A stretch of DNA of 57,722 bases, filler included, from Platydemus manokwari (GCA_037951405.1; 5 parts of 5 records of this genome joined end to end with filler, not necessarily neighbours in it); one strand, 5' to 3'. Counted from the whole stretch's first letter, positions 11,547 to 24,725 are shown. Program-made: numbers and translations. Notes: a model not told the origin generated them from the sequence alone.

Positions 11547-13000
11547 TGTATTTACAATATTCGATGAATTATACATGTTAGCCACTACTATTATATATGT
11601 TGTGGTTTTGGAAAAACTGACTTCGTTATTTGCATGAATTTGTGTATTATAAATTACCCCAGTATTAATGCATAAAAGTATTTTGCATGAAAATAATATT
11701 AAAATTTTTGGATCATAATTCCGGATAACCCTTGCGGTTAACATAATTTAAATATAATATATTAGACCCAGAATAATATTGCATTACCCGTCTAAAATAT
11801 ACCACAAAATATTGCAATTGAATCAACCATTTAAAATTTCCATTATAATAAAAATACCCATAAAATAATAATAATAATAAATAACCCGTAATGTGTTATC
11901 GCGCAGCAAATATCCAACACCTATTATCGCGCATTGCAAACAAAGTATACGCCTAAAATAAATTAAATAGTTAGGCATTAAATAAATACCTGTGCAATAA
12001 ATATCAAGCATTAAATTTAATACCCATGGAATAAAATAATCACAGAGAATTTCTCTCTGGCATGGCAGAATTAATGGCAGAGAATTTTTCACTACCTTAA
12101 AATATTCCAGTGCATTAAACACATATGCACGATAATAAATATCATCGCTGCCTATATAAGGCAGTGACTGCAATTAACAAGCGACACGATTGCACATTAA
12201 CCGCGGTAGAACCATATCACATTAGCAAGAACGACGCATAAGAAAAAGATTCAATTGCATGTACGGGATATGCCCAGATTTATCTGGAAGAAACAATTTA
12301 ACAATTGTTTTATTGATTCAATAGGAGATTGCGCAGGGATAAAGTAAGATCAATACGTGTAAAATCATCACTTATTTATACCATCAAAAATGCATTTTCT
12401 CCCTATTTATAAGACTAGGTCCAAATACCTTTAATACCCGGTTCTACCTCTCGTGGAGACGTGTTACCGAAGCTTATCTGGAATTGTGCTATAATTGTCC
12501 CATCGTTTCAGTGTATAAAAGTATTAATATATTTAACCATACTTCTTATAATTGTATAAAAGTAGTCATTTTATTTTGTTAATTGTAGTAATTCATATTA
12601 ATAAACTTCATCAAAGAAATTACCTTCTTAATAGTAAATCGGCAAGTGCCATTAGGTTCCACAAATCATTTTTAGTAAATATTATCATCATCAAAAATCA
12701 GCCCATCACCTTTTTGGCAAGGTATAGTTAAAGTAGTTAACGGTTAATAATAATATAAATTGTTATGCCAATATTTAGAGCCACTCATCACGTCTTCATA
12801 CGTGGATTGGTGTGATCGACGCGAAGAAATATCAAAAATATTAGGTTTAGTGATTACCTGTGGGTCAGACGGACTCAGAGAGCTTATTAGACTCAGATAT
12901 TGCCAAAACAAACAAAAATTCAAACTTTGAAATTCAAATAAAATAAAACGACAGACCCCCAAAATTATCACAAGAACTAAAATTTTATGCTACAAATGTT
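11532..13000 (-). pseudogene. Decayed, apparently spliced gene of unknown function (Cys/Tyr/Gly-rich, possibly secreted)
   Basis: A chain of broken minus-strand ORFs (12971-12744 continuing past its stop, 12173-11823, 11744-11532). Clean 37-nt intron 11989-11953 with a CTAAC branch motif. Hydrophobic start KILVLVIILGVC. Confidence 0.3.
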
Positions 13001-14381
13001 TATTAAATATAACACCAATACATAAACTAATTATCGTAAACTAAAATAAAAGTTACAGATTGATTTTGAAACTACAGTATACATCAAATTACGCTAAACA
13101 CTAACCTTACGACTTCTGGATTAAGATGACGGTGGATAAACTGCACACTCTTGTAGCAAAACCGGTTACCTTCAAGATTTTTGAGCAACAAACTCGATAA
13201 TAGGAATAAGATGATACAATATATAATATAGATCAGTATTTTACAGGTATGGTCCTACTTTGGGTCCTCCAGCCAATGTCGGGCATATACAGGAATATCT
13301 GTCTTTTGCACCAGATGGTCTTCCACAATGAGTCAAGATGAAAATTAAATGATGAATCTTCTCCAATTGATGTGGCGTATAACGCCGTCTACGAAATCGT
13401 GGCAGTGAAAATAATGGCAATAAAACTGTGTCCGTGTTGATTGTAATCACTGCCTTACATAGGCAACTGATCACTTGCAGATATTTTCTGCGATTAAATC
13501 TAATGTCAGTGAATATTTATTATTTTATCGATAGAATTTATTCACTGGTGACAAAGATTCTCTTTGAATAAATTTATTAGAGTGATAATTTTAATCTGTG
13601 ACATGATTTTCATGCGCGAAAATAAATGACAATTTATTTGTCGCTGTTAATGCGCGATATCTTATTGCGTATTGATATTTTATAAATTAATTTATTATTT
13701 CAGGGAATTTCAACAGATTTGTACTGGGTGGGTTTATTGATATTATTATTTTACGTATATATAAATAATAATTATTATAAATAACAATATTTCAAAGTAG
13801 TTGTTGCTCACAATTTTCGAACATTGTCAAAATATAAAAATACATGCTGATTAAATAAAAATTGAAACAATAAAAATTAATACACATTTCATACGTATTT
13901 CCATGCAGATATTTTCCCAATGTAAACTAGTTGTTTTAAATAACTTGTTGAGTCAGAACCAAAATATTCAAACAAATATTTATTTTATTTTTTAAATATC
14001 AATTTATTTTAATAATTATTAAAATTCCTGCATCCTCTTTTTAAAAATATATCTTTTATTTTATTTTCGAATTATCTTTTTATTTTGTATATAAATCTAT
14101 ACTTGTTATTTATAACGTCTATATTCTCTGTATTTCATTCTAAAATTCTAGTATTGATCTACTCACAATCAAATAAAAATATTCGTTCGGCCACCAAGTT
14201 AGTCCAAATCATTTCATTAAACACTCATCTGAAGTTCACAGCGAAAGTATATTTATTCGAAATATGCTATACAACATATTGATCATTGTGTTGAATATAA
14301 ATGACAAACAATTGTAAATGATTTATTAATCGCAAATATACAAATTTACCTCCAAACAATCTAATAAAATGTTCAACATAA

Positions 14382-14481
14382 NNNNNNNNNNNNNNNNNNN
14401 NNNNNNNNNNNNNNNNNNNNNNNNNTTAATTAATTAANNNNNNNNNNNNNNNNNNNNNNNNNNNNNNNNNNNNNNNNNNNN
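14382..14481. other. Artificial contig linker/gap spacer N44-TTAATTAATTAA-N44
   Basis: Exactly 100 nt. The 12-mer has stop codons in all six frames. Four identical copies occur in the window. Confidence 0.98.
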
Positions 14482-16328
14482 TAAGTGTCAGAGGTAAACT
14501 TGTGTAATTGTGATAAATAGATTATTTATAATTGTTTGTCATTTTTTTATATCCAACAGTATGTTGATCTGGTTTCTTATCAGTTATTTATCATGAAAAT
14601 CTTTGATGACCGAACAAATGAAAATAGAGTATTGTAGTAGGAATTTAAATTTCCCAGTGGCATTTGAGGAAATATTTTCAGAATTTAAGTTAAGATTATT
14701 TGAAGATAAAAATACTATTCCCGTTTACAATCAGTTCATAGAGACAAGAAACGTTATTCGTTTCATTACATTTTCTTGTAACTATCAACAATACAAAACG
14801 TAATTTAAATTGCGCCACCAATTTTCAATTCTACCGGAAATATTGATTTGGGAATTTTCGATGATAAGTTGTATGATGATCAGATATTGTGGTTTCCAAG
14901 CTTATTAACTAGCCTTCACAAAAAAGTTTGAGAAGAATTTTTTTTCAAATAGCACTCATTAGAAAAACCAATGAACTAGTGAATTATATTCGATATTAAC
15001 AGCCGTTTCTTTATCCCAAAGATAATTTATTCAGTGAAAATAAATAATAGAAAATGTTATAAAATCGCAAAACTATAACAAGACTCTTTTGTTGGCTATG
15101 CGGAGCGACCGCGCCAATCGCGATCGACGTGAATTTTATCATAAAAAGAAATAACCGTAATCAATTAATACAAATAAATTGATTTGTCCAATATATCTCT
15201 TTTTCTTTTATTGACCACGCGGAGAGTCCGAAAATTCTGCGTACCTATTGTTGTGATTCATGATAAAAAAAATAATTGATTAATTTAAATGAAAATAGAA
15301 TCACATTGATAAACTAAGGACATTCATTGTGGGAATTCATAATTTGATGGAACTCCAAGTTTAACAAAACATATACTTATAAAGATTAGAAACTAATTAT
15401 TTTATTAAAATTCGTTAAAATTAAATTTTATAATTTATCGATTCCATTTCGGTAATTTGGCAAAACAAATTAATGGTCTTTTAGCTCATTAAACAATTAT
15501 CTTATGAAAAATTCAGTTTTTTTTCGAATAAAATGTTATCAATTTTTCAGCCAAGCCCTGGAGTCTTACCAAAATGCGATTAGAATGAAAATGAACTGTA
15601 CTTTAATGTACAGACTGACTACACATTTTGGTATCGAAACCAAAATTCTCGAAATAGTCAAAATGGAGAGACCATTATCGCTTTGTCTCTAACAAGTAAC
15701 ACCCGAAAGGATAGACATAGATATTTGTAAATCCTTGAGGATCGCCGATTAACGTTTTACCGAAAAAGCAACTATGAATTAGATGCTTGAAGTCACGACA
15801 AATTGGTGGTTATGCATATAACTGTTGAAATTGAAGAATTTCTACAATTTGTACAACTAACCACTAAATAAACAAAACGTCATATAACCGTAAGGAAAAT
15901 TCAAATCCAATATAAGCACATATAACAAACCAAATAAAAATCCAAATTGAAAAGAAAATTTTTAATTTGAATTTTATCGAAAATTTTGTCAAATTTCAAG
16001 AGATAATGAAAATGAAGTATTTTTCAATCAATTAAAATTGTATAAATAATATTCGTTACGGACGCATTTCATAAAACCTATAACAAGAAATTTGTTATTC
16101 AAAGATATCACAATAAATTCTAAACCCTTTAGAGCAAAAGCAAGTGATTTTTCGTGACTTTAATTTTTTATAACCATACTAGTTTGATTCGATTCCAATT
16201 AAAAATTCTTTCAATTCGCAGTCTATGTAAATCATGTTTATCACTTTTTTCAAGACATCGATATAAAAACAAAACATTATTGACTTTAACCAAAAATGTA
16301 ATTAAGTTGTAAGACGTTAATAAATAAT

Positions 16329-17246
16329 TTATTTATAAAAAGATGTTATCGACGTGACTCTAACATTCGAAAATTCATAGGTATTCAATACACCATTTTT
16401 CAGATCTTCAGTGGATGTAACATTATAAATTCGTATTGACATTTTTGAATTAAATGCACCTAAACATATTAGATATTTGAAATCGTTGTTTTCTGCTAAT
16501 GATAACTTCTTAACATGGTTAAGTTCCATATCAATGGAATTCATTTCTCTTGCTACATCAGATAATGTATAAAACCTTATTTTTTTCAATTCTCCAACGC
16601 AGAGTGTGAAATCATCAATAAATAAAATATCTTTAATGTTTCCTTCCATCTTTACGGTGAACATGAGTTTAGCTTCATCAAAATTATAAATATTAATTAA
16701 ATTGAATGTGTGTAATAAATAATATTTCCCATTTGGACTAATTTTGACATTTATAAATGGTTGACGTATAGGCATCTTATGACTTTGCTTAAAACTGTTT
16801 AAATCCCAAACTCGAAAAGTATTGTCTTTACTAATTGATAAGCCAAGTATATCAGTAGGATGAATTGCCATGACAACCGATTTCTTGTGTTTATCAATGA
16901 TTTTCAATTGCTCCCATGATAAGTTGGATTTTTTCCAAATAATAATTAATCCATTATCGTCACACGTAAAAAGATATTTTCTATCAGAAGACAATGATAA
17001 ACTTGTGATACTAGATGTGTGTGAGTTATCGAAGGTGCACAATGTTCGTTTCGAATTAATGCAATAACTGTGCATAGTCCCAATGTTATCTGCAGATATT
17101 AGAATATTTTCATCTGCTATAATCGAAGTAACAGGTTTAGTGTGAGCTTTAGAGATAAAATGATCAGTAAATTGAGATGTTGAACAATCATAAGAAATTG
17201 CAAAAATGTCTCCTTTATCTGTTCCAAATCCAATATAAATGCTCAT
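16329..17246 (-). CDS. PAK1IP1: WD40 60S ribosome biogenesis factor PAK1IP1/Mak11
   Basis: 305-aa WD40 ORF. AHTKPVTSI, HTSSITSL, DNGLIIIW...WEQLK...HK and AIHPTDILGLSISKDNTFRVWDL follow the PAK1IP1 pattern. Probable 43-nt 5'UTR intron 17289-17247. Confidence 0.8.
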   Translation of the reverse strand: MSIYIGFGTDKGDIFAISYDCSTSQFTDHFISKAHTKPVTSIIADENILISADNIGTMHSYCINSKRTLCTFDNSHTSSITSLSLSSDRKYLFTCDDNGLIIIWKKSNLSWEQLKIIDKHKKSVVMAIHPTDILGLSISKDNTFRVWDLNSFKQSHKMPIRQPFINVKISPNGKYYLLHTFNLINIYNFDEAKLMFTVKMEGNIKDILFIDDFTLCVGELKKIRFYTLSDVAREMNSIDMELNHVKKLSLAENNDFKYLICLGAFNSKMSIRIYNVTSTEDLKNGVLNTYEFSNVRVTSITSFYK

Positions 17247-18059
17247 CTAGATATTAAAATAAATTAATCTAAAAATAAAATAACCTTACAATTTAATATA
17301 GAATATTTTAAATTATAAGACTTATTTAAACAAATAAACTTTGATAGAATATAAAAAGTGTACGTATTATTTAATTTTTACTTATTACTAATACTTATCA
17401 CATAAGTATGTTTTGAAAATCCAAGAAGTAAAATTAATTTTGAGTAAAGATTTCTGATTTTTCAAGTTAATACTTCAGGGATTTTTGCAGAAAAGATGTT
17501 CCTTATGATTGATTATCAAATATAACTTTTTGAAGAAGATTTAGGAACTATTATTCAAAGTTTTGTAAATTATTTGTAAATTCAAAATTTGACTTCAAGA
17601 TAAACCATTTAAGGTTTTAAAATACATCTTTTTTAAAAGAAGTTGATATCTACCTACAGAAGACCTCAAGTTGATCTCTGCCTCCAAGCAACATCTTCAA
17701 CAAGCAGTAGCAGTCTATCTCATTGGAATAACACATAGATATTACTCAGATGAAAAATATACATAATAATTTAAAAATGATTACATAAGAAAAGGATAAA
17801 AGAGTAATTAATTTTACTGCAATCTGCTGGTTTAACTTATCATAACGACTAACCAGTCTTCTAACAACAAGTGGAATCTAAAAAAGAGGTATGAAGAGGT
17901 ACCTAAGACAAAAAGAATCAATGCAAAACAAATCCTCATATCTCTACAACACAGATATCACACGTAGAGAGTATATAATTAGCTTCCAGAATTCACAAAA
18001 CCTAACAATATTCTTTGACATTAAGATCTCATTAGGGATAAGCTTCTAAACACATTATC

Positions 18060-18320
18060 ATGAACTGAAAAGGGCGAATAGTTTGGAAATTCAATGTCAC
18101 ACCAAGGACAAGAATTTGACATTTTTAAAAAAACGTAACTGGGCTCTCAGAATTATATCTGGAAAGTTTCCTGGACTAAGAAGCAACCATTATTGCTTTA
18201 TAGAAAATGTTGGGAAATCGACTGCTATATATCTACAATTGAGAGCAATAAGTTGCAGATTTCAAGAATTTGCATGTGTTCGATATATTTCAAATACACC
18301 TATAATATTTTCATAATTGG
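18060..18320 (+). mobile_element. Possible non-LTR retrotransposon (LINE) relic
   Basis: KRNWALRIISG resembles the post-RT QN.ALR.I.G motif. Otherwise heavily decayed. Confidence 0.25.
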
Positions 18321-18979
18321 AACCCGAAATCACACTCTAGAAGAGATACAAAGAAAAATTTGCCATTAATGCGTAGAAAAAATTATCAAACAATGTCTTA
18401 ACTCTACCACTAATTAAGTTGAATTGATGGTTCTATGATAAATCTTCGCAGTCTCTCAAAAGCATCAATTAATGATTAAGCATGCAAAGTTAATAAATGT
18501 TTTGAAAAATTAATATTTTTAGAATTCTATCGTAATAATTATTATTATCTTTAAAAATGTAATATTATTTATTATTAACATATAATTATTATGATTTTTA
18601 CTGTGATTATTTCCTGTTGCTTTCACTGTATATTATTCATAAATTTAATTTTTAGACCTATTTCACTATACTGGTTCTTTGTATTTTTACAACTAATAAG
18701 AAGAACCCACATAATGACTTAAAATACTACCTACACATTAGAGTGATATATCCCAAAGAAAATTAATTGAAATAATTTATTAAAGTTGTTTCAGGTAAGC
18801 AATTATTTACAAATAGTTCATTACAAAATTAAAATCTTAAATCATTTTCGAACATTTGGAAATGTACAAAACGATATAGTTATCTTCAAAAATCTACATT
18901 AAATTTAAAATTTTGGTATATATTCAAGCTAACAAATATTAATGTTTGTTTAAATAATAACTATAAATATTTCTCAAAC

Positions 18980-21159
18980 ATGTTGAAAAATAAGCAAAAA
19001 ACAATAGTTGATTATCTGAATAAGGATAAGTTTATGAAATTTGAGTCTTTTGATGAGAAAACACCTTTGGAAATAAAGGGCTTAATTTCAAAACTTTCTT
19101 CTGATTGTATATCAAATTCTTCGGATCAAGTATCTTTCACCAGTATGTATATTTAAGTTTTATTATTTGAAACAGACCAAAAAATTAAAAGAATTGTATT
19201 CTATTCTTGAAAGCAAGACGCATGGCAAGAGTATTATTTTGAGAAAATGTGTTCTAGTGTCTCTATGTTTAATATATAAAGATATATTACCAACATATAA
19301 AATAACAATTTTGTCTGATGAACAGAAACAGCAAAAAGTGAGTTGACTAATATTAAAAGATATATTTATATTTTTAGATGAGGAATGAAACTATTAAATG
19401 TTACTCCGACGAAGAAATTCTTTTAGGGCATTATTATAAATTTGTTCGTGTAATGGAATCTGTGATAAAAAGTTAAATAATAAAAGTTACTAGATTTAAA
19501 ATAATATTCATAAATAATTTAGGAAAATACGATATTGTTAATTTAAATCATATTCACTGGACAGAAGTAAAACAATTTTATTATCGTATTTTATTTTGAA
19601 TTAATATTGTAGTCAGATGAACTAACATTACTTAAATGCGCTTGTGAGTTATTCACAAATAATCCAGATTTTAATTATTCAACAACTTTGTTAAAACTAA
19701 TTATACCGAATTTAAACTCAACCAATTCCAAAGTAATTTTTAAATAACTGAAATTTTTTCAAATATTTTATTATAGTTTTTGAAACCTACTTCTAAAACA
19801 ATTGAAATGATTATAAAAAGTGACATGAAGCTATCTCTTACACTCAAGGTTATTTTTTTAAAATTTTTAAAAATCTACATTTTGAATCTGTAAAGGTATG
19901 TGAAGAAATAAAACAATATTCAATTGACAATGCATTTAATATCCGGGCAACGCTTTTAAAACCTTTAATTTTCATAAATTTAGAAGATACAAATTCAATA
20001 GAAGTGGAGAATCAGAAATCGGAAAAGAAATCATTGATTTCTAGAAAAGAAAAAAAGATTAATAAAAAGAATAAAAAAATTTCTCAACAAGTTGCTCAAG
20101 TTACTTCCAAAGAATCTATCAACATTAAAAATCAAAAGGTAAAAATTGATTCAGTGATAGATATTAATATAAAATTTTTTAGAGTTCTCAAATTGTGCGA
20201 ATCTTATTTTATATATTTTTTCGAATACTTAAAAAAAATAACATTCCCTCTAAATTGTTAGAAAGCATTTTAGAAGGAATAAAAAAATTTGGCCGATTGG
20301 TTAATTGTGATTTGTTTCACGATATATTTTCTTATATGACGAAAATATCTCAGAATTCGGTATGATTGCGTCTCGTTAATATTTTAATTTATTATAATTA
20401 GAAAGTGTCATTAGATAATCGATTACGAAGTGTATATGTTTGTTTGGATATTTTAACTAGTGGAAAGGCCTCTGATATTCTGGATATTGATCCTGGAAAA
20501 TTTTGTGACAGTTTGATAAACCTAATTCAGAATGCCAAAATCAGTGATTCTAGTGCAATTTTAATATTGAATTGTTCGACAAAGCTCTTGGTAAAGAGAC
20601 GAAATTACATATCTATAAACAATGCCTCAAATTTGATAAAAAATTTAATAAAATTGGCTTGTAACGAAAAGGTTGGTGTATTAATTGCGTTAGTTTTGAA
20701 TTATGTTTCAAATATTCATAGGATTCGTGTCACATTTCCTCAACCATTTTGGTGTCTGTTGTCCGATATTTGCGAATTTATCCCCAATTGCAATATATTT
20801 TTGATGACGAAGTGGAAGAATTCGATGAAATCAAAACGGAATTAAATAACGAAACCTTAAGTATCCTTAACAGTTTATGTAAATTGTCTGTATACGAAGT
20901 AAAAATCTGTTGATCAGTTTCGATTGATTTTTCTTTTGCCCAGGTTGCAGGTCCTGCTAAAAGGATAAAGAAATTTTTTAATTCAAATAATTGTGAAAAT
21001 TCTCTCTATGAACTCGGTGGTACTCTTGAAGAACTAACACGAATGAAAACAGAAATGTGTCTTGAACATTTAAAAGAGAAGTTACGTAAACCATTAAAAA
21101 GGATCAATAATGATGATGATGAGTGCGAATCATTTCCAAAAAAGACAAAATATAATTAA
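18980..21159 (+). CDS. NOC3L: Nucleolar complex protein 3 homolog (multi-exon, short introns)
   Basis: Spliced translation gives VSLCLIYKDILPTYKI, KCACELFTNNPDFNY, SRKEKK and IFFRILKK...LLESILEGIKKFGRLVNCDLF. Introns are ~40-50 nt (e.g. 19130-19175, 20360-20401). Stop at 21157-21159. Confidence 0.9.
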
Positions 21160-22837
21160 GATTAAATATATTTTCGTTTTTAATTTTGTATATCTCATTA
21201 AAATAACCTCATTGTTGTGGCTATCATTTATATTAATACAAAAAATTCTTTTGAACCTGTATTCATTAACGCCTTCGAATGTGTATAAATTTATATTTTC
21301 CGGTTCATCCTAGGTTTTAGGTTATTCTGTTAGGTAACTTGTATATACAAACATACATGATTTCAAAGACCGATTTCACAATACGTTAAATTGTTTGATC
21401 TCGTTAGCACTTTCAAAGTTTTCTCAGCGGTTTTGGAAATAACTGATGCCAGGTTAATGCGAATAATCTTTACCACACATGTGAACACACGTATGGGTAT
21501 AATCAACATACGATTCAAGTACATTTCAAAAGATTTTTTCATTAACCTTCCAAAGAATATTCGACAATACCTTCCGTTCGAAGGTCTAAAGCTACATTTC
21601 TAAGTTCTTCTATTATATTCATTCCGAACATATATTTGAATGGATAATCGTCGATTATAACTGTGCATATGTTAAATTATGTACCATGTAATTTCTGTAT
21701 TTATTAAGGTTCCTCGACTTTTGTGGTATCGTTTCTTTCTCAAAACGTTCCATTCTTAGTAATCTTCATGACTTCTCCCAATTGGTATAGATATGTTTGG
21801 ATTTGATAAGGCATTTGTTTTCGTCATTTTTCGTAAGGATTATAATCCGTAAATGACGATGTACTATTAGTTGGATTATGAATGTTAGAATAAGATATTA
21901 TACAACTTAACAGCGTAACATATATAAAGATTTGTTTTAGATTTAAAATTAATATCTATTGATATCTACAGAAATCAACACAGTTATTTACTTTATAAGA
22001 TTTTTTTGCAATCACATGTTCGTTCGAAGTTATATTACAAACAAATTGGTAAGTTGATCTTTCCGTGAACGCAAGAACGCACTATTTCCATTTTGATTTT
22101 ATTGATATAGAGTTTAAGAATATCATTACTTGGAGTAAAAAGGGTTGATAATTTTGGCTGATTAATTAAAAGCTATTTATTTAGATTATTATTACCTAAG
22201 ATTATTAAGGTTCTCAAAAAGAATAATATTGATGGAATTCGGTGATGACACTGTTAATTTTATTTACTATGAGTAAGACAATCCAACCTGTATCTGACTA
22301 GTGACGGTACCGAAGAGTAGGTTGCGTGCATTAAGATTCGAGTTTATACTATACATAAAACAATTGAACTTGGTACATTTTTTTGAATGAAGTATGCACA
22401 ATAATTAATACAAAGAGATTTTAATTTTGATTGATTTTAAATTTGTTTTCGTTGTCGTGCCATGAAGGTGATTGAAAAACCAGTGCTGGGAACTATTACA
22501 ACCCAACACCGATGAAAAAAGGTTTGTAAAAGTGTAAAGTTTAAAAGAAGTCAAATGTTTTTCAAGAATTTTGATCTTTATGATTTTATGAATTTATAAT
22601 CCCCTTTCGGGTATAATTAACATGAAATATGGTTAAAAAATTGAAATAATAAAAAAATTAATCATTTTTGAATTTTCTGAGGTAATCGAGATCCTTAACA
22701 TTTTCGTTTTTGCCAAAATTATTTGTGCAATTTGGGCTGTTTTGTTGTTGTTTTCATACTAAGATTTTGTGCTGTTTTTGTTGGTTTATGTTGTTTCTTG
22801 TAAGTTGTTTATTATTTATTATTATTTGTCATTATTG

Positions 22838-22911
22838 TTGGGAGTCCCACAAAAAAATCAAATACAACTTCAAAATTGAAGTTGTATTTGATTTTTTTGT
22901 GGGACTCCCAA
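22838..22911. repeat. Perfect palindrome: 36-bp arms, 2-nt loop
   Basis: TTGGGAGTCCCACAAAAAAATCAAATACAACTTCAA-AA-TTGAAGTTGTATTTGATTTTTTTGTGGGACTCCCAA. Confidence 0.97.
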
Positions 22912-23559
22912 ACCAAGCTTTCAAATTTATCCAAACTATTACATAAACAACGGTTTTTAATTTAAAACCCAAACCCAATTTTTTCGTGACTCAACAGAAC
23001 TAACATAAAACAATGTATTATAAGATGTACATATGAAATGCAATGGATTATAACATATACAAACCCAAATTCAAATTCACTTAATCCGAATTTGAAGCCG
23101 GCATGCACCCATCAATTGCTGCAACATTTAGCCCAATAAGATAGTGATGACAATGATTCTGTTGTGACAATTTTATGTTTACTTTTTTGTGTAATTCAAA
23201 GTTGATTAATAATTTAATATTTTCATGGTTTTAAAACCATTTTTATGAATAATGTAAAGAAGAGGGGAAGAGGAGTCATTAAAGATTTTAGGAATAGTAG
23301 TTTTATAGAAAGTAAGGCAAATATTAATATAGCTATATGTCAAAAATCGCGATTAAATATAATATATAATATAATATAATATAATATATAAATTATAAAT
23401 GAGAAAAAATATATCAAGATATAATAAGGTGTAAATAAAATAAGGTATTAGAATTATAGGAAGTATAATGTCAAAATTATAATAAGAAATAAATATAATA
23501 ATGCAGTAGAATTATAATAAAATAAAATATTAAAAGTACAAAATAAGAAGAAAAAAGAA

Positions 23560-24000
23560 ACATATTTGTATTTTAAAAATTATATGAAAAATCGTAACAA
23601 GTACAATTATGAATATGAAGAAATCAAAACATAATAAGAGCGGAGACCATTGATAACGGCCGATTAGGTTACTAAGAATAGAAAAGCGGGGACGGCTCAG
23701 CAGGGTATAAATATTAAGCTTAATCCAGAACTCACACACATTTTACCCACACTGAGAGCGCGGATACTATTGAAGTCAGCGTAATCATTCTGAGGAAGAA
23801 AAATTAGTGAACTAACGGACGTGAACATTTATTCAACAGAAACTTTGTGCCCCTAAGGATATTCTTTAATCATTGAGTGTAGAAGTAAGGTTTCATTCTA
23901 TTACGAAGTTAATTGTCATATCATTTATACATTTATCATTAATACTGTAAACTTGTTAGGTACTTGAATTTAGTCTAACTTAATCACTATTAATAACATT
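23560..24000 (+). mobile_element. Candidate solo LTR (boundaries uncertain)
   Basis: GC-enriched U3-like block followed by GGGTATAAATA, ending near ...TAATAACA. No coding potential. Confidence 0.3.
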
Positions 24001-24551
24001 TCATAACTGCATTTTAATTAAATGTTTACCTAAATTTATGATAAATTGTGATTATTTCAAATCTGCCGAATTTCATCTCCTATTAATTTGATCGTTTTTT
24101 TCCGCCCTCCTCGGACTGTGTTGACTACTTGCTGAGGCAACATGCCGAATATTTGCTCATATTTTTTGTGCTGATAACTTCAGCTGTTTTTCTTTTTGTT
24201 TCTAAAATATACGATTTATTATAGTAATTGTCTTCTGAGTTTGAATCGACACATCACATCAAATGTAATCCATAACATATATAGCCCGAATAGTACTATT
24301 TCACATTTGAATAATAAATTTATAAAATTCAGATTGCAAAGTCAACCAATCGTTTCGTTTTCTCATCATAAGTAAGTTCAACTCGGTTAGAGTACTCATT
24401 GCCTTAGCCTTATTAACTCCTTTATGTTGGGGGAAGACGAAATCCTGAAAAAGAAAAACGATTTCGTACCTTAGAACCCTTGTTTTAGCAATTTAAACAT
24501 TGGCACACCTACATAATCATACAAGCTCGACAACCAACGAATCACAGATGA

Positions 24552-24651
24552 NNNNNNNNNNNNNNNNNNNNNNNNNNNNNNNNNNNNNNNNNNNNTTAAT
24601 TAATTAANNNNNNNNNNNNNNNNNNNNNNNNNNNNNNNNNNNNNNNNNNNN
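24552..24651. other. Artificial contig linker/gap spacer
   Basis: N44-TTAATTAATTAA-N44. Confidence 0.98.
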
Positions 24652-24725
24652 GTTCAGCGTTATAACAATTTGTGTTACTAAAATATCTGCATAAAAACAT
24701 GAATAACTTTTGACTCAACCTGGTA
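24652..24725. repeat. Terminal fragment of the same mariner-like element as 1-74
   Basis: 72/74 identity to the window start, beginning at the same base. Confidence 0.65.

Noticed and set aside
11823-12173. Resemblance of LPC...IPW and LQC to adenovirus E4 34K
   Set aside because: The matches are too short, the HCHC motif is missing, and the ORF reads through an apparent spliceosomal intron.
14426-14437. Recurring TTAATTAATTAA as a biological motif (piggyBac TSD, CRISPR-like repeat)
   Set aside because: It is always centred in 88 Ns, so it is an artificial six-frame stop linker.
15470-15830. Possible hAT transposase C-terminal relic
   Set aside because: There are only vague motif echoes, not enough to support a call.
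19130-19175. NOC3 intron 1 donor GTATCTTT as a U12-type intron
   Set aside because: It has one mismatch to GTATCCTT and no TCCTTAAC branch site. It fits an ordinary short U2 intron.
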